Positions 12,771 to 25,545 of a DNA stretch of 64,000 nt are shown in pieces. Each line of letters opens with the position of its first letter. Position 1 is the first letter of the stretch. This DNA is from Ginglymostoma cirratum. Taxonomy: Eukaryota. A model generated the notes under the pieces. The model ran no database searches and was not told the DNA's origin. It was given only the letters and a program-made list of their open reading frames with translations. The stretch spans positions 5,946,834-6,010,833 of the forward strand of contig JAHRHZ010000043.1 of NCBI GenBank assembly GCA_024137785.1. Reading direction: 5' to 3'. The translations under genes and the position numbers were made by a program.

Positions 12771-14454
12771 CGACCTCTAGAGGATGTGGGACTTGTACCC
12801 AGACTACCTGAGCCACAGTTAGGGATACTTCTACTGCACCACAAGAGCCACCAGGTTGGTGTCCTGGGCCCAACCATCTTCAGCTGCTTCATCAATGACC
12901 TTCCCTCCATCATAAGGTCAGAAGTGTGAATGTTCGCCGATGACTGCCCAATGTTCAGCACCATTCGTGACTCCTCAGATACTGAAGTAGTCCGTGTTCA
13001 AATGCAACGAGATCAGGATAATATCCAGGCTTGGGCTAATTATGTGGCAAATAACAATTGGGCTCACAAATGCCATCTCCAACAAGAGAGAATTTCCCAA
13101 TTACATTCAATGGTGTTACCATAATTGAATCCCCCACTAACAACATGCTGGTGGTTATCATTGACTAGAAAGTCAACTGACTAGCTCCATAAACAGGGTG
13201 GCTACAGGAGCAGGTCAGAATTTAGGAATACTGTGGTGAGTAGCTCACCTCCTGACTGCCAAAGACTGTCTACTAGCTACAAGGCATAAGTCAGGAGTGT
13301 GATGGAATGGATGGGCGCAGGCCCAACAATACTCAAGAAGCTCAACACCATACAGGACAAAGCATCCCACTTGATTTGCACCACATCCACACACATCCAC
13401 TCCTTCCAACATTATTTTTAATCAGCGGCATCTTAGTGGCTAATCGTTCACCACTTAATGCGAGTAAACCCTGGAGACTAGTTTTACAAGAAAGGTTGGC
13501 AGTGAATTGACCTGAAGTTAAGCCTAGCAGAACCAGAGGCCAGGTGCAGACACCTTTTACAACATTATAGTTCTTGGGATGAGTGAAGTATGTACACCAG
13601 GATGTAACCAGGGCTCAATGAATTAGATTATGATCTGATTTCTCATGCTCTGATGAAATCTATTTTGTGTTGGAATTTCCTTGGTGCAGCGATGTGGGTC
13701 ATTCTCAGCTTGAGAGACCACTACTGTTTTACGGTCCCATCTGCCTTTCTCAGTCAGCAAATTACCAGACATGGTCAGACATGGTTTTGAAGAAGTGCAG
13801 TGAGGGTGGGGTGGGGTGGGGGGGTGGAGGGCGTAGAGGTGTCTCCCGAAAGTCCTGGCTGATGTTTATCCCTAAGTCAACGTCATTGAGACAGTTTATC
13901 TGAATCATTCTCACATTCCTGTTTTGTGTGACCTTGCTGTGTGACAATACAACAGTGAGTGAGTTTCATGAAGCTCACACTAATGGCTGTAAGGGGAAAA
14001 TACACGTCTTTCTCCCACACCCTGTACAGAGTGGAAAAATTGACAGTAATCCTGAGAACGGGTTAAATGGTTTATTACTTTCAGATAGACGCTGTACACT
14101 CGGAGTGTGGAAATGCCGTATGTTTATGCCTGCGGACAAATGTGGGCACTTACAATACGCCCAGGAATGCAGGAGGAATGTACAGAGGAAGAGAAACATT
14201 AATCAGTTGGCTGAGCATAATCAGAAGGAACGCAGCGTTACTTTTATCTGATCCTGTTCTATGCAATATTTACACAACAGTAAAATTGGACCAACATTTC
14301 CTTGAAGCAGAAACATTTGCACTTATCAAAGGGTGTTTGTATTGTGTAGGCTCTATGAAAGAGCTCACAAGTGATGGGATAAGTTCCCAGGGACAATGGT
14401 CCTCTCAAAGCGAAATACTGCCCAAAGTCTGCAAGGTCATACATCTGAGGGGGT

Positions 14455-14760
14455 TGATGGGATGTGGTGGTAATGTCACTGGGCTTGTAATCCAGAACCA
14501 TTGGTTAATGGTCTGGGGACATGGGTTCAAATTCCACTGTGGGAGATGGTGACATTTGAGTCTGATAGGGTAAAAGAAACCTGGAATGAAAAAGTAGCAG
14601 CTAGTGTCAATTGTCTTTCACTAATGGCCTTGAGGGAACAAAGCTTGGCCTGTGTGTGACCCCAGACCCGCAGCAACGAAATTATTTCTTAACTGCCTTC
14701 TGGGCAACAAATGCTGGCCTAGCTAGTAATACCCATGTCCCATAAATTTACTTTTTGAAA
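14455..14760 (+). mobile_element. Second SINE family copy
   Basis: gtggtaatgtcactgggcttgtaatccaga...tggggacatgggttcaaattcc. Confidence 0.75.
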
Positions 14761-14848
14761 AACAAGCAATACTTCCTTCAATCAAGAGTGTGGAGACTGG
14801 TGTTTGCGCAGCTGAACTGGTCTAAATTAATCTTTCCCTATGAAAGCA

Positions 14849-15172
14849 AGGCAGCACAGTGGCTCAGTGGCTAGGACTGCTGCCTCACAGTGCCAGGGGC
14901 CCAGATTCAATCCCTCCCTTGGGCAACTGTCTGTGTAAAGTTTGCATATTTTTCCAGTGTCTGGGTGGGGTTGCTCCAGTTTCGTCCCACTGTCGAAAAA
15001 TGCGCAGGTTAGCTGGATTGGCCATAGAAAATTGCCCATAGTGTTCACGGATGTTTTCCTGGGTGGATTAGCCATGGGAAATACAGGGATAGGGTGGGTG
15101 GGGTTCTTTGGAAGCTCAGCATGGACTTGCTGGGTAAAAGGGCCTATTTCCACATTATAGGGATTCTATGAA
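14849..15172 (+). mobile_element. HE1-like V-SINE
   Basis: Same head, V-domain and tail as the copy at 11748. Confidence 0.85.
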
Positions 15173-15654
15173 TTCTAACTAATTGGCATGTCATTTTGTG
15201 CTTTCTTTCTCCTTCCCTTTATCGGCAGTGGAGTAGAGATGTCATTTCCAATCTAACAGAACCTTCCCCAAATAGAGGTAATTGTGTAAAATTGAAACCA
15301 ATGCGTCAACTATCTCACTTGCCAGTTCTATTAAGATTCTAACATATTCATCAGGATCTTGGAACTTGTCAGCTCACAGCTTCAACAATTTGTTCAGTAC
15401 CTCTTCCCTGATGATTGTAATTTTCTTCAGTACCTTCCTTCCTTCCATTCCCTGATATCTGGGATGTTACTTGTATCATCTAGCATGAGAACTAATGCAA
15501 AGAACCTGTCTAATTCATTTGGTACCATCTTATTTTCCAATATTAATCTCCCACAGGACCGATATTCACTGTTAACACTTTTCTAAATATCTAAAGAAAC
15601 TGCTGGTATCTGTTTTAGTTTCTAGCTAGCTTTCTCTCGTACTTTAATGTACCT

Positions 15655-15880
15655 AACTACAGTGAAAAGCTTTGTTTTGCGCGCAGTACAGGAGGATCAT
15701 AGCAAACAAGGAAGAACATACAGATCATAAGGTGCTTAAAGAGTGAGGCATAAAAGGTTACAGCTGCACAGGAGGTGCGCAAAGCAAGATCAACATTATT
15801 TGAAGTTAGAGAGGTTCATTCAGCAGTCTAACAACAGCGGGGAAAAAGCTGTTCTTGAACCTGTTGGTGCGTGTGTTCAA
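15655..15880 (-). mobile_element. Rex1/Babar-type LINE 3' end
   Basis: Reverse complement of 28440-28640 (aaagctgttcttgaacctgttggtgcgtgtgttcaa). Confidence 0.7.
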
Positions 15881-16659
15881 TCTTCTTTGCTGTTTTTTTT
15901 TAAGGCTGTCCAATATTCTGACTTAACACCATCTTGTATCTTTAATTTTGGTATGATCTTTAACTTTCCAAGTTAACCACAAATGATGGGTCCTTCCTTT
16001 GGAAATTTTATTGTTCATTGGAACGTATTTATTCTGTAGAGCAACTTAAACGTCTCCCACTGCTTGCCTACTGACCTAACCTTTAACCAAATTTACCAGC
16101 TTATTTAGCAAAGCAGCTCCAATGTCTTCAATCTGTCTGTGCGGCTGAAGTCCCTCGATACTGGGACCATTCTTGTGAATCTTTTCTGCACTGTCTCCCA
16201 TGCCTTCCCATTTTCTGTAAAGTGTGATCACAAAACGTCAGCTGGGACTAAACCAAAGCATTTTACAGGTTTAACGTGATCTCTTTGCTACTGTATTTTA
16301 TGTTCCTATTCACAAAGTGCAGGGTGCCATGTGCTTTCTTAACTGACCTCTCAGCCTGTCCTGTGCTATCAAGGATTTCTGCTCATATACCTGCAGCTTC
16401 CTCTGCTCCAGCACCCCTTGCAGATTGAATCTTTTATTTGATATTTCCTTTCTTATTCTTCCAACCAAAATGATTCATTTCACATTCCCCGACATTAAAT
16501 TTCATTGCTCACCCTTTCCACCCAGTATCCATAATGGTGCTATATATTTTATTCCATCAGTTTGTTTCCAGTGGTGAAATGATATATAGACATGAGCCTT
16601 TGCAACATTCAGCCACTTGTCTAGTAAAATTTCTAAAACAAAAAGCCATCCCCAGCTGA

Positions 16660-16960
16660 ACATAGCATTTATATAGTGCCTTTCTTCTCAGGATGTCCCA
16701 AAGAACTCTACAATCACTAGGTACGTGGGAGTGTATTAGGGAAAACAGCAGTCAATTTGCAAACAGTGAGTTCCCTCAAACAGCCATGTAATCATCATAG
16801 GGTAAGCTGTCCTTGTGATGATGATTGAGTGATGAAAATCAGCCACCATATTGGACACCAGGGAATATCTCCCCTGCCTTACTTCAAAATAATGCGTTGG
16901 TGTTTTTATGTCCCCGCAGGAGAGCAGGCAGGGTCTCAGTTCAAATCTTCTTTGAAAGAC
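16660..16960 (-). mobile_element. Deu-domain SINE (SacSINE1-like)
   Basis: gcatttatatagtgccttt...ggaaaacagcagtcaatttgcaaacagtgagttccctcaaacagc; reverse complement of the copies at 58985 and 40420. Confidence 0.65.
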
Positions 16961-17130
16961 AGTGTTGGATTCCCTTGTCTTTGGGTCTCTGGAAGTGAGG
17001 CTTGAACCTGAACTCTACCAACTCAGGGGTCACGTCCTTGAAAATCTGACAATGCAGAGAGCTAATAATCCAGGAAATCTCTTCATCTCCAACCAAAATG
17101 CTCACTTGTGAATCAGAATTCACTTCTGTA

Positions 17131-17465
17131 GGGTGACACGGTGGCTCAGTGGTTAGCACTGCTGCCTCACAGCGCCAAAGACCCGGGTTTGATTCCACCC
17201 TCAAGTGACTGTCTGTGTGGAGTTTATACATTCTCCCCATGTCTGCGTGGGTTTCCTCCCATAGTCCAAAACTGTGCAGTTTAGGTGGATTATCCATTGC
17301 TAAATTGCCCATAGTGTGCAGGAATGTGTAGGCTAGGTGGATTAGCCATGGGGAAATGCAATGTTACAGAGATAGAGTACGGGTGGATCGGGGTGGGATG
17401 CTCTTCAGTGTTGGTGTGGACCTGATGGGCTGACTGGCCCGCTCACACATCGTAGGGATTTTGTG
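17131..17465 (+). mobile_element. HE1-like V-SINE
   Basis: Same head, V-domain and tail. Confidence 0.85.
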
Positions 17466-17791
17466 AAGAAGAACAGCAGGAAGCTATCTATTCCTGATCT
17501 GCATTTAGAGTCAACTCACTTTGGAGAGTTTGGGCTCAGTGCTGATCTTCAAGTGTGTTATGTTATTAGTTGGAATATTTTCCTGCAATGAAGCAATCCC
17601 TCAAGATCTGAGCTGCATTTGTATATGTGAGAAGTTGGTTACCTCAAGCTCATGGCCATGATACATAGTAAACATCCACCATCAGATCAGGTTCCATTCT
17701 CACCATTACTCTCTACACTCGGCTTTATAAACAGACAAGAAAAACTTTTGCTTACCGATTCGACCTCAGCTAGAGTATTGTGCCCACATTA

Positions 17792-18365
17792 GGGGAGGTG
17801 ATGGTCTACTGTCATTACCATGACAGTATTAATCCAGAAACTCAGCTAATTTTACGGGTACCAGGGTTCGAATCCTGCCGCGGCAAGTGGTCGAATTTAA
17901 ATTCAATAAAAATCTGGAATGAAGAGTGAAATGATAACCACAAAACCACAGTTGATTGTTGGAAAAACCCATCTGGTTTGTAGGTATTGGAATGGGGTCA
18001 GCCAGGTGGACTTATCAGAATATGAGGCTGTTTACTTGGCCCAATCAGGGTATACAGATATAAACAGGAGTGTCAGGGGTTCTGTTCACTCTGAGAGCTG
18101 ACTCTGAGGGAGCTGGGTCAGAGTTAAGGACTCTCCACATGAAAATAAAGGTGAAGGGATACCAGCCTTCGTGGAATTAGTTCATGGCTCACTAACGTCC
18201 TTTAAGGCAGGAAGTCTGCCAATCCTATTTGATCTGACCTACTTGTGACTCCAGACCCACAGCAATGTGGTTAACTTCTGACTGCCCCTTGGGAAATTAG
18301 GGACGGGCAATAAATACTGGCCTAGTCAGATATGCCCACATCCCATGAAAGAATTAAAAGAAAAT
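17792..18365 (+). mobile_element. Second SINE family copy interrupted by the solo LTR
   Basis: Head with B box ggttcgaatcc; the body resumes at 18185. Confidence 0.8.
17979..18184 (+). mobile_element. Solo LTR (206 bp) inserted in a SINE
   Basis: TG...CA ends (tgtagg...gttca), 5 bp TSD tggtt/tggct, internal CCAAT, TATAAA and AATAAA in order; interrupts the SINE motif cccatctggttcactaa. Confidence 0.8.
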
Positions 18366-18741
18366 TCTGGGTCACGCAGTTTGAGGAATTGATATTTGGG
18401 GAGGCTTTGGAGAAGATGTGTAGAGGTTTACTGGAATGGTGTTGTGGGACAAGTAGGGAGACTGGATAAGCAGGATTTGATGCATTCAGAGTAAAGAAGG
18501 TTAAGCTGGGATTTGATAGAGGTCTTCAAAGTCAGGAAGAGTTCCGATTGCGTAAATACTGAGAAAGTATTTCCACTGGCAGGAAGGTCAGTGACCAGAG
18601 GGACATAGATGAAGATCGTTGGTAAAGGAGCAAGAGGGCAAATCTTTTTGTTTATTGCAGGATGTGGTGTGGAATCTGCTGCCTGAAAAACAGATTCTGC
18701 AGTAACTTTCAAAATTGTTGATATTTTCTAACGAATCCATT

Positions 18742-18835
18742 CAGTGATGTTATAAGACACCTCTAGAGCTGGTGGACGCAAACGCATGCCTCCAGGCTCA
18801 AAGGCAAGGACACTACCACTGAACCACAACAGTCC
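18742..18835 (-). mobile_element. Short tRNA-derived SINE (related pieces at 1-60 + and 12772-12850 -)
   Basis: Minus strand gtggttcagtggtagtgtccttgcctttgagcc...ccagctctagaggtgtc. Confidence 0.55.
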
Positions 18836-20159
18836 AACTTTCAAACTAGATACTCATTCGAAAAGGTAGAAATCACAGAGTCACCTGGTGAATTGGGACC
18901 AATGGGCTTCAAAAGATCCAGTACAGGCATGATAGACAGAATAGCCTCCTGCTGTGTTGCATAATTCTACGGGTCGGTGATTTATTTCAGGACATTGAAA
19001 CAATTTAAGAGCCTGTAATTCAGTTTCAGTATAAGGAAAAGATATATAAAAGGGATCATGGCCTCACATAAGCATAACAGAGATTTGAAATACTTCACAG
19101 TTGCTGGTGTGGAGTTATAGCCTGTCCAACCTGTTTAGAATCAATTGCAGTCTGCTGACAGGAAAGAACATTGCAGTTAATTATATCTTTATAATGACTT
19201 CAATTAAAACTTGTTATAAACTTGACCTAGTCAGCAACACAGAGTTGGTTGCCAATTAACTGTTTCCCTGCTGTAAGCAAATGCTTGTCACTTTGTCCAT
19301 ATTTGTTGAAACAGCAAACTTCCAGGCAAACTGAGATTCCACAGGGACCTCCTGGCATGGGTTTGCAAACCCAGACATTATGCACTGACAAGTTATTTGA
19401 ACAGAGAGTGTGTCAAAACCTTGCCTGAGCCTGTCCTCCACCCATTACCGCATGGACTGCTTGAGGCAGCCACAGTGATCAGGAGTAGCAGCGTCCCATG
19501 GAACAGTGGGTAACACTCTCGACTGTGAGCTGGTTCGGGTCCCACTCTAGAAAAATGAATATAGACTGAGGGTCTGCTGATTTAGGGAAATGAACCATGT
19601 GCTATGGTGAATGTAGATGTCCTGATGGAGGAAAAAGCAGTGCAGTTACATTGGAGTCAGAAGGAGACTTATTCACCTCTTCTGGCTTGCTCCACAATTC
19701 AATAAGATCATGGCTGACCTGTTGGTGGCCTCATTTCCACCTTCCTGTCTGCTCCCCACCACATTCCCCACCCAATTGTTCATTGGCTCCCTTGTCTGTC
19801 TCAGCCTCAAATAAATTCAATGATCCAGCTTCCACAGATCTCTGGGCAAAGACGATTCAACAAACTAATGAGCTTTGGAGAGAAAGAGATTCTCCCATCT
19901 CTGCTTCAAAAAGGGAGACCGGGTATTTTGTGTTCCCCCTCACTGTATCCGATTGCCGTCTTTCAATCAACCACGAAAGTCAGATTAACTGCTCCTTCAC
20001 AAAGTTGCTGTGTGGGGAATCTGGGCATAGTTTGCTATCTCTGTTATTCATGTAACAGTAGTGACTGTAAAGGCCGTAGAAGCAAGTTCTTTGTTCTTTC
20101 TAGGTTCATCATGAACTACTTTTCTTCCCTTTTCCCCCAATAAACACCGGTACTGCACT

Positions 20160-20875
20160 GTATGCAGTTCAGAGAAGGTTTACTAGGCTGATACCCAGAA
20201 TGAATGATTACCTTAAGAGGAAAAGCAAAACAGGCTAGGCCAGCATCCTCTGGCGTTTAGCAGTGACTTAATTGAAACAGATAAGATCCTGAGGGGACTT
20301 GACCACGTCGATGTGGAGTCCAGAACTGGGGAGTCATATCTTAAAAATAAGAAGGCACCAAATTAAAACAGAGAAGAGGATTTTTTTTCCCTTGAAGGGT
20401 TGTAAGTCTATGGAATTCCCTTCCTCAAAAAACAGTGGGTGCAGAATATTTAAATTTTTTTTAAGGCAGATGTTGATAGATTCTTGATGACCAATGAGGG
20501 GGAATTTCTTCAGCCGGAGGATGGTGAATCTGTGGAATTTATTGCCTCAGAGGGCTGTGGAGGTCAAGTCGTTGAGAGTATTTAAGACAGAGATAGACCC
20601 TTGACTAATAAGGGGATTAAGGGTAACGGAGAAAAGGCAGGAAGATGGGGTTGAGAAACATATTAGCCACGATCGAATGGCAGACCAGACCTGATGGATC
20701 ACATAATCTGTTCCTATATACCTTATGGTCTAAGGGGATGAAAGATTATCGGGACTACGCAGGAACATAGAGATGAGGTGAAATTCGGATCAGCCATGAT
20801 CTTATTGAATTGGGGAGCAGGCACAAAGGGCTGAGTGGCCTCCTCTTGTTTCTTGATTGTTGTTTCTTGTTTCTA
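20160..20875 (+). mobile_element. Stacked CR1 3' fragments
   Basis: gcagttcagagaaggtttactaggctgatacc (VQRRFTRLIP) and two successive CR1 tails. Confidence 0.7.
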
Positions 20876-21811
20876 TGTCTGTAAACTAAAATCTCACACA
20901 GTTTGTGCAGAATGTGACTTGTTGAGCCACCAAAAACCAATGGGATTTCAATACAAAAGGCCAACTGTTTAAGTTTAGTGAAATTATTTTATTTTGACAG
21001 GAACAAGCCCGAACCGATGCTTGAGGGAACAACTCTGTGGAAGAACTGTCAATAAGATTTATAACTGTTCACCCCACCCACACAACTTTACACTGTCACT
21101 GATTCCAACTTCCACTCCTTAATGCCTGATTGGCTAGTTTTATGGCCTTCCTTTACTTCTGATTTGTTAAAATGCCCTGGCAACATTGTTCCCATTGTTG
21201 GACATCATCCAATCCAGTTTCATTGCCGGCTTTTCCCAATTGGTGATTGGCTGCTGCACCAGTTGTTGCCACCTGATCCCGAAAACAAGGTAAGTTGCAA
21301 TGTTGGTCACTATCCCTGTGTGATGTGTTTGTGAGACACTGTTGCGTTCTGCTTATCCATCCCTGGTCATTTTGCTGTTGCTCTGCACTCAGTCTGTGAG
21401 GCTGTGGCGGTCACTGATGTGGTGGGGTGGGGGGTATTTTTAACCCCCAAGGAAAAGTGGTTGGTTTTGTGGGGTCTGTTGGAGGGTGGGGAGAGGCTAT
21501 GTAATAGGATGGGGAGAGGGGTGTGTGATACTGTGGGGAGGGACCGGTGCAATAGGGGTGGGGTGATGGGTAAGGTGAGGTCAAAATAAATGCAATGATA
21601 AATTCACCTCCCGTGTAACCACAAGTTTAACATTTTCTCTGGGTAAGGCCAGCATTTCTTGCACATCCCCAGTTTCCCTTTCCCTTCCTCAGTAAATATT
21701 AAGAATCTGACAGAAGGCTGCGTATATGATGTACAATACAGGGGACTTTGGACTCTACAGCATCAAAACATTTACACTCAATGAAGATGACTTCAAGCAG
21801 CTTAGGTCCAT

Positions 21812-21908
21812 TGGAGGAAGGGTCCCTGGACCTGAAACCTTAACTCTGATTTCTCTTCACAGATGCTGCCAGACCTGCTGAGCTTTACCGGCAACTTCTG
21901 TTTTTGTC
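21812..21908 (+). mobile_element. Family B monomer, decayed HHR
   Basis: ggaggaagggtccctggacctgaaaccttaactctg...cagatgctgccagacctgctgagc. Confidence 0.7.
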
Positions 21909-21949
21909 TCAGTTCCATTGAACAGAGTTCACCAAAAAGTCCTTCCCAA

Positions 21950-22520
21950 GTTGCCGTGGGTCTGGAGTCACATGTAGGCCAGCCTGGGTAAGGACAGCAG
22001 AGCTTTTTTCCATTAGGACCCTAAGACACAGGAGCAGAAATAGGCCATTCAGCCCATCTAGCCTGTTCCACCGTTCATTGAGATAATGGCTGATCTGATC
22101 ATCCTCAATTCTACTTTCCTGCATTTTCCCAATAACCCTTGATTCCCTTACTGATTAGAACATAGAACATAGAACAATACAGCGCAGAACAGGCCCTTCG
22201 GCCCTCGATGTTGCGCCGACATGTGAACTAATCTAAGCCCATCCCCCTACGCTATCCCATCATCATCCATATGCTTATCCAAGGACTGTTTAAATGCCCC
22301 TAAAAACCTGTCTCACTCAGCCTTGAATATACTTAGTGATCGGTGAACTGGATTGGTTGTTACAATGATCGATGAAAGTCACTATTATTCAGATGAGCTT
22401 TACTTTCCAGAATTATTGATTGAATTTAAATTCCACCATCAGTGGGAGTGGTGGGATTTGAATCTGTGTTCCAGAGCTTTAGGTCTATGGATAACAAGTC
22501 AAATGACTTGACCCACCATC
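21950..22520 (-). mobile_element. Nested stack: SINE containing a CR1 tail (22022-22335) containing a younger CR1 tail (22157-22302)
   Basis: SINE halves at 21950-22020 and 22340-22520; the inner tail begins with (agaacat)n and retains CpGs. Confidence 0.7.
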
Positions 22521-23929
22521 TGTTCAGAAACAAGTGGGGGTTTGGGGTTTCAGTCTCAAATGGCTACTCCCTCACTGGGCTGCTTTGTATTTAATTCCTA
22601 TCGCTGGGTTTTTCAAAATTCGGGAATCCCTGTCAGTTGAAGGGAGGTGGGAGAAGGATTCATGCCTTTCCAGCCTTGCTTAGAGATCGAGAGGGGCTAC
22701 TCCCTCCTGGATCCCTCAGGACCTTGTAAACCAATCCAAGATTGAACCCCCTCAATTAACCAACTGCCAACACCCAGGACACGCCCCTGATATGTACCCA
22801 AACAGGCATCCGCCACCATCCCGTACCCCACCCCCACCCACTCCCCAACAGTGACCTTCCCCCTCCCCCCAGAGTTCAAGTCCTATCCTCTTCACATCTC
22901 TTTCTGTCAGCTATTGGGCAGTCTGTCAATTCACCGAACACCAGAATTTTCATTGTGCACAAGGAACCCATTCAGACCATCATGCCAGTACTGGTTCTCT
23001 GAATGAATGATTCGCCCAGCGCCATTTTCCCCATAACCCTGAATACTCCTCCCTCTCAGAGAACCATCTAATTGCCTTTCAAAAGCCTCAATGCCAAGAT
23101 TGAGCAAGGACCCCATTCAGCCCTTGGGTTGGCTGTGGCAAGGCAAACAAATCGAGGAGCTGAAACCTAGCTCCTGCCTGGGGATTCCCCTGCCTCGGGA
23201 TCTTCCTGTTACTGCCAGACCCGGCCTCACAAATGGTCTGTTTGAACCTGGATATCAAACAGCACCATGGCACAAAATAGCGGGGTTGTGATGTGCACAG
23301 CTCCTGATCTGAGAATATCAGCTGATATTTCACTCTCTGTGACACGCTGCCTACGGTCCTTAGAAGAGAATCTCAGACACTTCTGCTCAGGCCCTTGTCG
23401 AACTGACCCAGGCTGTTCTGTATCAGACCCAGGCACTGAACTGTCTCAGATAGGCCCTAATATATCTCATGGCATTTAGACGTTTCAGAATGACACTTCC
23501 AACATTGCTATCCAATCTGTATATGAACATATGAATGCTGAAGACCACTAAGTGACACAAGTTGTTAATGTTGGTTGGGCCAATGATGCAATATTTCCCT
23601 CGGACTTTTTGCTGTTGTTATCAATCCGTGTAATTCCCTCATGGACGTGTCCATTTCAATGGAAAGATTGTGGCTGAAAATGAATGCTCCCTTATGTGGG
23701 TATGAGATTATTTAACTAATATTCTAACGTATTCACCTAATGGGCAATATCTTCTAGGTTTCTGAGTGACGTGGGCTATGGTGTGATTTGTGGCATAATT
23801 AATGTGAAATCTAGCAAGATCCAGCTCGATGTCAGGATCACCTCAGTCCGTCGAGTCACAGAGCGTGGAAACAGACTCCTCAGTCCAACCAGTCCATGCC
23901 AAACGTAATCCCAAACTAAACTAGTCCCA

Positions 23930-24290
23930 TGGGCAGCAAGTAGCACAGTGGTTAGCACTGCCGTCCCACAGCACCAGGGACTTGGGCTCGATTCCAGCCT
24001 CAAGCAACTGCCTGTGCGGAGTTTGCACATTCTCCCTGTGTCTATGTGGGTTTCTGCTGGGTGTCCTGGCTTCCACCCACAATCCAAAAATGAGTAGGTT
24101 GGGGTGCATTGGCCATGTTAAATTGTCCAGAGATGTACAGACTAGGTGGATTAGCCATGGGAAATGCAGGTTTAGTTGTGGGAGGGGGTTGCGATCAGGC
24201 AAGGTGCTGGGTCTGGGTGGGATGCTCTTCAGAGGGTTGATGTGGGCATGAGGGACTGAATGGCCTGCTTCCACTCTGAAGGGATTCTAT
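23930..24290 (+). mobile_element. HE1-like V-SINE nested in a CR1 tail
   Basis: Splits a minus-strand CR1 3' end (23855-23929 and 24291-24462). Confidence 0.82.
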
Positions 24291-25009
24291 TCATCCATCT
24301 CCACCTGGCCCATATCCCTCCAAACCTTTCCTATTCATGTACTTATCCAAGTGCCTTTTAAACCTTGTAATTGTGTCCACATCCACCACTTCCTCAGGGA
24401 GTTCATTCCACACGTGAACCACCCTCTGTAAAAAATTTGGCCCTCACATCTCTTTTAAACTTTTGACAAGCAGTGCACTGAGATCCTCACTGAGTAGTGG
24501 CGTGATGCGAATTGAAGTGGATCATTACTTGTTAAACACCTTGTTATCGGGTTCATTAATATTTAGCTTTAGTCACCGAAACATCAAGAAAACACGAGAT
24601 GGAAATGACAGCAGGTACCCAGTGAATTCAGATCACCACACGCTCTGAAGGTCTTCCGTATTGGTCAATGGGCACTAATGTATCACCATTATAAGTTAGC
24701 CATTGATGGGTCAGTCATCTCTTCGACAATCCCTCATGGTCAAGGATTGACTTGCTGCCTTCCAGTTCGATGGGTTCTGAGCTACAGCTCAGTCCAGTGC
24801 CCAATCTGCAGTCTCTGCCTCATCTCAGGAAGGTGACTTCTGAAGGGATGGGTAGATGTTTAGAAGTTTGTACTCTCCTTCCAACCGCTTTGCTCAATCA
24901 GAAACTGTACACTAGTCACTTGGCTGTAATCAGAGAGTCTAGCACTGGAAAACATAGATCACAGTTTTGTTATTGAAAACTGTTTCTTAAAGTTCTTTCA
25001 TGAAAATAT

Positions 25010-25265
25010 TAAAAGGGACCAAAGGGGTAACTTTTTCACACAGAGGGTTGTGCGTGTTTGGAATGAGCTGCCAGAAGAAGTGGTAGAGGCTGGTACAATT
25101 ACAACATTTGAAAGGGATCTGGATGGATACATGAACAGGAAGGGTTTAGAGGGATGTGGGCCCAATGCTGGCAAGTGGGATTAGCTAAATTTAGGATATC
25201 AGGTTGGCATGGACAAGTTTGTTCAAAGGGTCTGTTTCTGTGCTGTACAACTCTATGACTCTATG
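25010..25265 (+). mobile_element. HER1-like CR1 3' tail
   Basis: tggaatgagctgccagaagaagtggtagaggctggtacaattacaacattt...ctctatgactctatg. Confidence 0.8.
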
Positions 25266-25267
25266 GA

Positions 25268-25545
25268 TCTGGCAAGAGCAGCATTTGTTGCCCATCCCCA
25301 ATTGCCCTTGAATTTAGTGGCATTGCCAGACCATTCCAACCACATTGCTGTGGGTCTGGAGTTACATGCAGGTCAGACCAGGTAATGAGAGCAGATTTCC
25401 TTCCCTCAGGGACATTAATAAACCATGTGGAATTTTACAACAATCAATGATAGTTTCATGGCCACCGTCACTGAGACTATCTTTCACTTTCCAGGTTAAA
25501 GAACTGAACATAAATTCCACCAGCCACAGGGGTGAGATTTGAACC
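25268..25545 (-). mobile_element. Second SINE family copy
   Basis: cattgctgtgggtctggagttacatgcaggtcagaccaggtaa. Confidence 0.75.

Larger units (their letters stand above)
9985..13410 (+). mobile_element. CR1-clade LINE ORF2 (RT region), degenerate, split into four pieces by nested insertions
   Basis: KAMGPDNISAMVLKTCAPELA..LF (10236..10490), PISLLS, QFGF, then 12083-12160, then VLGPTIFSCFINDL and FADD (12857-12950); pieces are colinear. Confidence 0.85.
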
